From assembly GCF_009914755.1 (NCBI RefSeq), contig NC_060940.1: 64,000 bases of DNA. One strand, written 5' to 3'. The DNA is from the human T2T-CHM13v2.0 reference genome, Homo sapiens. A model generated the notes under the pieces. That model did no database searches. It was given only the letters and a program-made list of their open reading frames with translations, and was not told the DNA's origin. Below are positions 47,641 through 64,000 of the stretch, one piece after another. How positions within the stretch are numbered: the first letter of the stretch is position 1; the number at the start of each line of letters is the position of its first letter. Made by a program: the position numbers and the translations under genes.

Positions 47641-47718
47641 GCTCCTACGGAATAACCTGCATCTTAGTTTAGCTCCTATCAGCTTTGTAAGCATAAATGA
47701 CTTAGAAATTAACAATAG

Positions 47719-47886
47719 CTTTCCATGCAATAGGGCTCCCACAATGTGGTGCACGTTCCTAAAGCCTTCCAGACTTTCTATAAGAAGTGTGGCAAGCACC
47801 AACCCCACAAAGTGGCACAGGACAAGAAGGGCAAGGATGCCATGTATACGCGGGGAAAGTGGCGTCATGACAGGAAGCAGAGCAGC
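47719..47886 (+). pseudogene. RPL36A/RPL36AL processed pseudogene fragment (5' half only)
   Basis: From 47746: [46 protein letters not shown] versus [46 protein letters not shown]. Confidence 0.92.
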
Positions 47887-47899
47887 AATCTTGGGCTGA

Positions 47900-48544
47900 G
47901 TACTCAGGAGGCTGAGGCATGAGAATTGCTTAAGCCCAGCAGGCGGAGGTCGCAGTGAGCCGAGATCACGCCGCTGCACTCCAGCCTTGGCGACAGAGCG
48001 AGACTCCATCTCAATAAATAAAAAATATAAATAAATAAGTATAAAAAGTCCATCACTGCCTCTGAGATTTGACATGCCACCTTTATCATATACTAAATTC
48101 CCATTTGTACTTAGGTCTATTCTGTACTTTCTATCCTATTCCATTGGTCTGTCTGCCTGTTCATGTGGCCAATGCCACACTGTTCTAATTACAGAGGCTT
48201 TATAGTTTGTTTTAATAGCCCATAGGGCTAAGCCCCCATTTTGTGTCAGTTTTTCCCTGGCTATTCCAGCACGTTTATTTTCCATAGAAACTTTAGTATC
48301 GACTTACCAACTCCATGAAACAAAGCTTGTTGGTATTTTTATAGGAATGGCATTCAATTTATAAATCAACTTGGAAGGAATGGGCATCTTGATGATGAGT
48401 TGTGATAGCCAAAAACAAGGTAGTCTTCCCACTCCACGTGCTTTTGTGTTTTCCAGAAGTGTTGTAAAATTTTCCTTTTATAGACTTTGCACATTTCTTA
48501 TTAAGTTTATCTCTAAGTATTTAATCTTCTTTGTTGCTATTATA
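47900..48544 (+). repeat. Right copy of the ~640-bp direct repeat
   Basis: Matches 44505-45146, including the shared Alu variant CTTAAGCCC. Confidence 0.9.
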
Positions 48545-49545
48545 CATGGGGTTTTCTTAAGTCCTCTAACCTAAGTATTGTTTGTGTATATCAAGGCCAC
48601 TGATTTCTGTAAGCCGATTTTCCAGAAAAAGGCTAAAACTACAAAGGAGATGGTGCTGAGGCTTGAGCGCTGAGCCCAGCTACAGATCTAAGACGATGCG
48701 GGCTATGAGGACATGCAAGCATTTTGAACTGGGAGGAGATAAGAAGAGAAAGGGCCAAGTGATTCAGTTCTAAATTTCATCTTTTGTTTTATTATGAAGA
48801 CAATAAAATCTTGAGGTTATGTTCACTTCAAAGAAAAGAAATGTATGATAAATTTTATACTGTAAATAAATCCTTTTTTGTGGGTGAGTGGCAGGCATTC
48901 CTCAGTTATCCCGGTGGGAACCGGGGGAATATAACAGACAGGCCTGAAATTTGGCAGCTCTGGAAGCCACTCCTACTTCCTAGCAGAGGGTCTTGAGAAT
49001 AACTGGACCCATTCCACACCAGGTGGTGAGGAGAGAGGGCTCAGCCAGGCCAGGAGGGATCCTCCATCTCTAAGTGGCCGCAAGTCAGTGATCAGTGACA
49101 ATCAGTGATCAGCCAGCCACTGCCTTCCCGTGCTAGGCACATTCTGTCCACTCTATAATATAACCTCCCTTCAGCAGCCCAGTGAAGTAGATTCAGGTAT
49201 GATCACCATCTTATGGGAACAGAGAGGTTAAGATACTTGTCAAAGGTCTCACAGCCAAGCATGGCAGACCTGGGGATAAATAGATCACTCCAGCAACCGC
49301 GCACAGTGGTTTCCAGGACTGACCCCATCATTCACAGAGGAGAAACAAGCCCAGAGGGGGAAGAGACATTCTCAAGGTCACGCAGCCAGTCCAGGTCTCC
49401 TGCACAGGGCCCTTTGCATCCATGGCCACGTACTGGGGTGTAAGATGCAATGCAAGGCTTCCCCCTGGAGGAAGGGCCAGAAATTGCAGAGAACCCTACC
49501 AGAGGCCCTGGGCAGCTTCACTCTGCATGATGGTGGATTTAGTGA

Positions 49546-51085
<1,540 letters not shown>

Positions 51086-52437
51086 CAAATGCCAGCCAAA
51101 GAAGTGAGGGGACTCCTCACAGTCGGGATCATATCTGAGCTGAGTGTGAAAGGTGAATGGCTTCAGGCATAAAGAAGACAGTAAGAAATGCCTGGGGAGA
51201 CAGAGAAGGCTTGGCTGGTGCCTTTCTCACTGGTCCCTGGTCCTGCTGCCTCCCCTCCGCTCCTCCCTCCCTGCGCACCAAAGTCCTGGGGCTGCTCCAA
51301 TGGCCGACTCCTTCCAATCTTCTATTGCTTTCTCCTCCCCGCTGGTCATGCCAGCCTCATCTCATAGCCACCCCTGCCCCTGGCATTGTCCATGTCTCTT
51401 GTTCTCACCATGCACCCAGCCTCACACACCCACCCCTAACACTGAACGCTTGGATCTCTGCTTCCTACGTAGAACTGTCTACAATCTTCCTGCATACCTG
51501 CTGCAAGGAATTCAGAAAACTCCATACCAGCCTCTGCCCCTAAGAAAGAGAAGTCAGCTCACGGAAAGAGGAAAGGCACAAAGAGGTAGCAGAGAAAGAA
51601 CATTCCCTGCTAGTTCTGGGCCACTGTGGCAAGGGGATCGCAGAAGGAAGGGGTCTTGTGGACCACGGATGCTGGGGTAGGACTGGGTAAGTGGGAGGAT
51701 GGCAGGAAGGTTCTGCACGGGTCCGTGGAAGTGGGTGGCCCGTTTCATCCAGGTGGGAGAGTGTGGGTTGGCCTTGTCCTTGCAGGGCCCTGTGGAGTAT
51801 TTCCCCAAAGGCTGGGAGAAGCCACTCAAGGTTAGGAGCGGGACATCTTGAAAAATATGTTTAAAGTGATTGGTAGAACAAACCATGTTCCTTCCCTCTA
51901 TAGCTTCTCTGGCTGAGCAGCTCTTCAAAGCATCTGGGAACCACCCCAACTGGGGATGCTGCCTGACCATCAGCTCCCCGGGGCAGAGTGTGTATGGCCC
52001 CAAGATGAACATGAGGGGAGCCCCAAATTCAAGGCTGGCTGGTGGCAGAGAGAAACGCACCCAGGACACAGACTTCGGGCAGTGCTCCTTCCTCCCTTCA
52101 CACTCTCCCTCCTGCTTTGAACCTGGAATGGTGAGAGCAGCTGAGGGCAGCTTGGGGGTGGGATCCTGAGCCCCCCTTTCCCCACACCTCTGGGCACGTG
52201 GAATGTGGCCCACCCAGGGGTGGCTCAGATCCTGTCTCTGGATCGCAGAGGCCCCAGCCTAATGGAGAAGGCAGGACTAACACACAGAGAACAACTGAGA
52301 ACCCCCTCAAACCCTGGGATGTGCTAGTCACCAAGTGCCCTAGGAGATCAGAGAAGGAAGAATCAGAGTGACCACTGTGCAAGAAATCACCGGAAACCAG
52401 TTCCCAAAGGAGCACCGAAACCCCGATCAGAAGAGCA

Positions 52438-52438
52438 G

Positions 52439-52469
<31 letters not shown>

Positions 52470-52470
52470 T
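52438..52470 (+). repeat. (GT)n followed by a G17 run
   Basis: Directly visible. Confidence 0.9.
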
Positions 52471-53089
52471 GGTAGAAGAGACTAGTCCTATCAGGTAGTG
52501 AAATATATGATTGGTTATCTGGTAAAAACAAGCAAAAATGCCACAAGGTCTTAGAGAATGAGTAAGCTGGCAAGTTCAAGGTCGTCATCTTACCCAAAAT
52601 GGTTTTTGGGCAATGGGATGGGGTGAAGACTCCCTGGGGCAGTAACATCCCTGAAACAGTGAGAAGGGAATCTTGAGATGGGGAGAGCTCCCTCCACCCA
52701 CCCATCCACTCGCCCATCCCTCCCCGCACCCTTTATTCCTGTCATCTTTTCATGTGACAATAAATTGGACAGCCCTGCTTGGAGCCAGCAGTGCGACTCT
52801 GCTGCCCTTCATAGACCCTCTGGGCCTATGTGTAACCAGGAAGCAAGATTATTTGAGAAAGAAGAGAGAAAAAGAAAAACGCGGGATGCAAAATAAACAA
52901 ATAAATAAATAAATGAATTGGCAAGTCCAAGGCAACCATAATTTCTTCCCTCCATTTTCCGACTGAATTCACGTCCAAGAATCTTCTGGAACCTTCCCTC
53001 CCTGCTTCCACCTCACCCCCACCTCGACTCCAGGACCTAGACCTGGGCCTGGAGATTTCACACCCCACACCCCTTCTCTGCCCTCCTGC

Positions 53090-53820
53090 CCTCCTGCCGC
53101 GCTCTCCTGCTCCCCAGGGCCCTACTCACCCCTCGCTCCGGGGTCGCCCCTGACGCCCACCCGCGGCTGAGGTCGCACGCTCCAGCCTCAGTCCACCCTG
53201 GAACCCTGCATTTGGCAGCCACGAGAGCCCATCTCCCGCCCAATCAAGAGGCCGTCGCCCTGGAGACGGAGGACCCCAGCTGGGGTCACCCCTTGCAGCC
53301 TCCTCTCCCGTGCTTGCCGGTTCTTGCCACCCTCCGCCGCTTGCACCGGACCCAGGCGCTCATCCCCCGCTTCCCCCGCGCCCCAGCCCGGTCACGCCTC
53401 GGAGCTTGTCCCCACCTGGCCGTGCTCAGAGTCTGCCTGCCCGGCGTCCCACACGCACCGCAGGGCCCCACCGCCTCTTGGTGAGCCGCGGTGGCTCGGG
53501 TCCCGGGTCCCCAATAGGCTGCGCTCCCGGCAGGCAGCTTTCTTCCCGGCGCGGGGCTCGTTCCCTGAGGCCAGGCCGCTCAGTGGCCGCAAGAGCGACC
53601 TTCCCACATGTCCCCAGGTGTGCGCACAAGCCCGGGGTGAGACCAGAAGCTGCTGCCTGCAGAGCCCGACCTTGCGTAGATGACTCCGCGAGTGCAAGGG
53701 GCTGCAGGCATTTTCTTACAGGAGGTAGCAAGCTTGTCTAAGCAGAGGCCCTCTTAGCGCAGTGGGCAGCGCGTCAGTCTCATAATCTGAAGGTCCTGAG
53801 TTCGAGCCTCAGAGAGGGCA
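53090..53820. promoter_or_regulatory. CpG island upstream of and including the tRNA gene
   Basis: Visibly GC-rich and CpG-dense non-Alu stretch in CpG-poor surroundings. Confidence 0.75.
53748..53820 (+). tRNA. tRNA-Met (CAT), elongator type
   Basis: 73-nt cloverleaf: acceptor stem GCCCTCT/AGAGGGC, anticodon CAT at 53781-53783, T-loop GTTCGAG; G1-C72 pair means elongator, not initiator. Confidence 0.96.
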
Positions 53821-53824
53821 GCTG

Positions 53825-53828
53825 TTTT
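53825..53828 (+). terminator. Pol III terminator TTTT
   Basis: T-run 4 nt after the tRNA 3' end. Confidence 0.7.
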
Positions 53829-53841
53829 GTTGTGCTACGAA

Positions 53842-54017
53842 TGCAGCAAATGTTCGGATGTAACCCAGCAAAGCACTCTGAACTATGGGCAAAGAGTAGG
53901 TGTGTCCCTCAAGGATCAGAGAGTAACAATTGCAGCAAATATGCGGATGTCACCCAGCAAAGTGCTCTGAACTATGGGTAAAGAGTAGATGTGCCCCTCG
54001 AGGACCAGAGGGTAAGG
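53842..54017 (+). repeat. 89-bp tandem duplication just downstream of the tRNA
   Basis: TGCAGCAAAT...GTAA units start at 53842 and 53931. Confidence 0.9.
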
Positions 54018-54201
54018 ATGTGCCATCACCTGACAGCCAGGTGTACAGGAGCAGGGGACCCTGCCACAGGGCCGCGTAAATAAAATACATGGTAAGGTCA
54101 ACTCGCGAATGAATCACCCTTGCTCATAACGAAAAGAAACTCAGATCACAGCCACAGGAACTGCTATTGTCCCCTCTCCCAGGAATTAAAATCCACAAAT
54201 G

Positions 54202-56330
<2,129 letters not shown>

Positions 56331-57254
56331 GTCCAAAGTGAACAGCTTATCTCGATGTCTGACTCATGCACACAGGATGCTTCTATCCTGTGGTTCTGCA
56401 ATGCCCTGGGGCCTCCACATCATTTGCCTTGAGCTGGTAGAAGTGGAAGGAGACCCTGGAGGGAACAGTCCTACTTCTTTAGGCCTAGCCCAGAGCTGAC
56501 ACATATTATTCACTCATGATCCACTGGCAAGAACTAAGTTCCTGACAACGTCTACATGTTGCAAAGGATGGCATACTTGGCCCTTGGCATTGCAGCTTCC
56601 TCCCAGGGAAAACTCCGAGCCATGAACTTCAGTGGGCAGCTGGCAGTCTCAGCTATACAAACACCAAGCCAAAAAGAGGACCCTGATGGAAGAAGACTAG
56701 AAAGCAGGCCTATATGGCTTTTTTTCCAGGAGCTGGGCCCTTTCCAGCCTGGTGAAGCCCAGATATATAATACTACATTGTCACATTTTCAAACGTGAGG
56801 AAACTGTCCTGAAACAGTGAGCTAGGTAGCTTTGATTAGCACCAAACACCAGAATTAGCATCAGGACTTTTAAAGAGTCAAATAAAATGATGTAGCGTGA
56901 AGCAGGGAGCTTCTTCATCACTGAAGTTAGGCACAAAAAGGGAACCTGTCCTCAGAACATGGCTAGACCAGCTCTAGGAGTTCTACCTGAGTCAAGAGTT
57001 GAGCATTATTGGTCTATCTATCAACTCCCTGATACAATCTGAAAGTTGGTACGTGGACTTACATTTCTTGAGCTTTAAGATTCCAAAAATTCCCGCTTAA
57101 AAAAAAAAAAAAGTTTACAAACAAAACTAAGTCTGGTCTAAAACTCCTTCCCCACCTTGAAATTTGCTGAAGGCATAAGCAATCTATCACAATGAGTTTG
57201 TGACTTGAAAGAAAGGGACACATATCCAAGCCACTTTGCTTTCTGCTTTGCTAT

Positions 57255-57260
57255 TTTATT
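57255..57260 (-). terminator. TLE7: TLE7 polyadenylation signal AATAAA
   Basis: tttatt on the + strand, ~260 nt after the stop codon. Confidence 0.7.
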
Positions 57261-57516
57261 CATTACAAAGGGATCTCAAGTTTCCTGCCAAAACCCAGAA
57301 ATCAGTGGTAGGAAGATAACAAAGGAAAAAGCTCCAAGCCATCTGATTAAAATCTGGGAGTGCAGGCTGAGAGCGGGCTACTGGAGGGGAGGGATGACCC
57401 AAGCTAAGGGAGAGGAGATGGCAGGTGTTAGAGGTGTCCAGCACTCTGAAGCCATCCTCACAGCCACACCAGCCCAAAGACTGGGTCTTCACTGGCAGGA
57501 CCATGGCATGCCACCT

Positions 57517-57621
<105 letters not shown>

Positions 57622-57922
57622 CTAGATGGATGGAAGGGCCAAAACAGGGATCACATTTGGGGCCAGACATGAAGGCTTCATTTAGGGCTGTTTCAAGGCT
57701 CAGTGTAGACCTAAGGCTCAGGTGGAGGACAGGGCCAGGTCTCAGGGATCAAGGTGACTTGGGAGTTCATAGGATGTGAAGTCTTCATTTCCCCTACTCT
57801 GTAAAATGGCCCTGGCTGCCATCTCAGAGGTGTTTTCCAACACCCACTGGAATCCAACCAACTGGGACCTGGAGCTACAAGCTCCCAGTGCCTGGGTTCG
57901 GGCATCCCTCTGTGTCCAGTAC

Positions 57923-57996
57923 CTGAAACAACTTTTGCAGAGAAGGTGCCTCCAAGCCACTGAGGCGCGTATCTATCGCGGTCACAAAATAGCTCC
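57923..57996 (-). CDS. TLE7: TLE7 exon (GSYFVTAIDTRLSGLEAPSLQKLFQ)
   Basis: caccag acceptor, gtactg donor, 74 nt. Confidence 0.92.
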
Positions 57997-58370
57997 CTGG
58001 TGAAGGAACGAACAGGTGAGAGGCCAGAGACCAATCCTGCATTCTAGTTCCAGCACTGTCCCCAACCAGACTAAGGGCAAGTCTTTCTCTGCCTGTTTCC
58101 CTATCTATGAAAATCAGACACACAACCCAAGCCATTCCCTTATCTTCCCCCACCCTCCTACCACACACAAGATCATGGTTATCACGGAACAACAGAAGGA
58201 CAATCAGATAGGGTTCACGCCTCTTCAGTCTGCCTGAGTCTTCAGGCTGTCATTCTGTGCAGGATCTCCCATTACGGAGGGAGCCAGAAAAGGAGAGGGG
58301 GGTGAACAGAGAAAGAAGAGACGACAGCAAGTTCAAAATCGGACACCCAGAGGTGTCACCTGGCTTCTCA

Positions 58371-58553
<183 letters not shown>

Positions 58554-58639
58554 TCAGCACTCAAAGTTGCCAACGCCATCCTTTGTGCCCACCTCTCAAG
58601 CTCACACTCCCACCCCTGCCTCCATGCATGGCTCCACTA

Positions 58640-58837
<198 letters not shown>

Positions 58838-58963
58838 TCAGAGGGTCACTGAATGGTTTGGGCCCCCGGGAAGTTTCAGGGTCAGGAAGCCCCTAGGAGT
58901 ACCCCAGATATATCTTCTACACTGACTCGCCCAGCCCTAATGCAAAGAGGGGAAAGAGCCTCA

Positions 58964-59580
<617 letters not shown>

Positions 59581-59907
59581 CTAGGCAAGGAGAGGGTGGG
59601 TAGCAGTGGCCCTGACCTGCTATCATTAATAGGACAGTCCACCCCGTCTTCCAGCTAGATTCTTAACCACCCACCCAACCGCAGAACCTGGCCCCTGGTT
59701 CCCAGGGTCACAGCTCTTGAAGAAATGACACTGTGAGCTGAAGACCCTACTTCTCAGGATGGGGGAACAGGGAACATAGCTCAAAAGGAGCAGGAGCCCA
59801 GGACACCCCCCTACCTATGGGAGAGAGAGTGAAAGTGTGGACACATGGTTTCTTGATTGGGGGTAGGTGGGAAAGGAAGGATCCTGAGTATGAAGTTGGA
59901 CACTTAC

Positions 59908-59966
59908 AATTGCTCTGAGCAATGAGAGGACTTCTTCACTGGGAGAGGAAGAAGAGTAAGGCTGGC
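59908..59966 (-). CDS. TLE7: TLE7 exon (GQPYSSSSPSEEVLSLLRAI)
   Basis: ccctgcag acceptor, gtaagt donor, 59 nt. Confidence 0.85.
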
Positions 59967-60112
59967 CTGCAGGGAAAGAGCAATGCCCACCTGCTCACAG
60001 AGTCCCACGCTTCAGGGAGAAGCCTGCTCTGTTGACACCAGGCCCCCGTTCCTAGTCCCCCATCTGGGGCCCAGCTTGGGCAACCACACGCACCACTATG
60101 ACTGGTACTCAC

Positions 60113-60135
60113 CAACCTCAGAACCCAGTAGGAAG
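60113..60135 (-). CDS. TLE7: TLE7 23-nt microexon (SFLLGSEV)
   Basis: ttgtag acceptor, gtgagt donor; phase 2 to phase 1. Confidence 0.8.
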
Positions 60136-60138
60136 CTA

Positions 60139-60576
<438 letters not shown>

Positions 60577-60921
60577 TCAGTGAGGTGTCTGGACCACCCG
60601 GTTCTAGGACTTGACAAATAGACCCGCCAAACAGACACCAGGTTCCCAGTGTGTCCTGATCCCCTGTAAGGTGAAAAAAAAGAGACGCAGCTATGCACAT
60701 GTGCTCTGTAGGGTCTCTTTAGAAGGGGCAGAGAATGTCTCCTTTGGTGAAAAGATTCAAAAGAGTGGTTGCCAACTAGCTTTTCACATTAGGTGTTGGC
60801 GGCAATGATGTCAAGGGTGAAAGCGTCACACAAGCACTTTGAGATGTTAGTGCCAGGCATTGTATTTTTCCTTTTATGCAAATGGACTGTATTTCTGGTC
60901 ATTTAAAAATCAAACTCACCT

Positions 60922-62776
<1,855 letters not shown>

Positions 62777-64000
62777 TTATGTAAAAGAAAAATGGAAATT
62801 AAATTTATCTTTGTATATAAGAAATTAGAAACAGTGGTTGCCTTTCAGAGATGGAAATTGGCAAATAGGAAAGAAGAATGGGAGGGAGATTTGTCACTGC
62901 ATAACTCAGTACCTTTTCTGCATATTTCTGGACATTCAAACCTATGTTAAAAATGGTTGGATCTGGAGCCTTTCTCATCTCACCCCAAATGTTGATCCTC
63001 CTGATTCTTAGTTGTTTAAATAATTTAACGCACTCTCCCTGACTTGCGTCAGGCTCCTCTAATTGGAGACACCAGGGCTGAGCTTGGAGCATGGAAACTC
63101 CCAGCAGAGACCACCACTGCTCAGACCCCCTTTTGGGGCCTACATAAAGTTTAAAAGCAGTGAAACTATTTAACCAGGGCTTCAGCCTCCAAATTTGCCA
63201 GAATTTCACCCTAAGAATAAAACAAGGCTTTCTAGAAAGAGCAGGAGGAAGAGTCAGTATCACCGATTCCCTTCTCTTCTCTCTCCCAGAGCTAGGAACA
63301 CAGAGCTCCCCACCCTCTTACCAGACAACTCTCTTTCCAAAGCCCCCAGAATGCTGGTCTGGGGGCTCACTCAAACCCCCCATGGCAGGAAACTCACCTC
63401 TGAAGGAAGAAGGTCAAACCCTAGACATGGGAAGTCAGCCAAGCTAAGACCCAGCCAGGCATAAGAATCCCCACATCCTCTCCCAGCCCCAGACCCTCCC
63501 TTCCACACCCAGGTGCTGCCCCTATCCTGCGGTGCTGCTGCTTTTAAACGTGAGCCTAATGGGTTGTCAAGCCCTGGGTCAGAATCTCGGTCAGGTATCC
63601 TGGCCCTGAATGGCTGTCAATCAATCACCAGACGTGGCCACACAACCAACCCCGCTGAGCCAAGCTGCTGCTGGCGGTATCTCAGGTTAACCTATGAGCC
63701 CTTGAATTGGGGGTAGTAAGACAGGGACCCACCAAGTATTTTCATGGCAGGAGTTAAGATAGAGGGAGACATTTTTAGGGGGATACGTCTTTGGACTGGA
63801 TTCAAACCACCCTACAAGAGCCAGCGTCTGTGCAAAGATGGGGAGTTGAGTTGAGCTGTTCGCCAGAGCCAAGAGTCAGAGTCTCAGCTCCAGGTGAATC
63901 TCCTTTGCTTGAGAAGGCTGATCTTGGCCTGAAGCCAACAGTGGGTGACTGTGGGAGGGACACGGGGCCACTTTCCTCTTCCTCCCCTGCTCTGGCCTGA

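Noticed and set aside
51153-53741. Several 100-219-aa ORFs in GC-rich DNA
   Set aside because: No recognisable domains or splice structure; expected by chance at high GC
53748-53820. Initiator tRNA-Met
   Set aside because: Lacks the A1-U72 pair and has a standard TTC T-loop

Overview
Human-type (Alu/L1-rich) genomic DNA that I recognise as the CALB2-TLE7 region (16q22 from memory). The + strand carries CALB2 (calretinin) coding exons 3-11 (682-17090) and its 3' UTR; every splice site and reading phase checks out. The - strand carries a complete nine-exon TLE7 CDS (60567-57517, 1326 nt = 441 aa + stop). An elongator tRNA-Met(CAT) gene lies at 53748-53820 at the edge of a CpG island. The 36 kb between CALB2 and the tRNA holds most of the unexpected structure: (i) two decayed, intronless retrocopies of the cytoplasmic half of MIA3/TANGO1; (ii) an AluYa5 and an AluSp sitting at the same nucleotide of those two paralogs with the same 16-bp target-site duplication (TSD); (iii) a 2.75-kb cassette (MIA3 copy B plus a 3'-truncated RPL36A pseudogene) bracketed by ~640-bp direct repeats; (iv) a probable Ty3/gypsy Gag relic (RTL/LDOC1-like); (v) a 3'-UTR-only retrocopy with a perfect TSD, nested in a block that splits an L1. 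TLE7 needs a GC splice donor that competes with a GT 4 nt away, and its 3' UTR has a CPE-like element. Protein and repeat-family assignments are from recalled sequences and by-eye alignment, not database searches; repeat boundaries and identity values are approximate.
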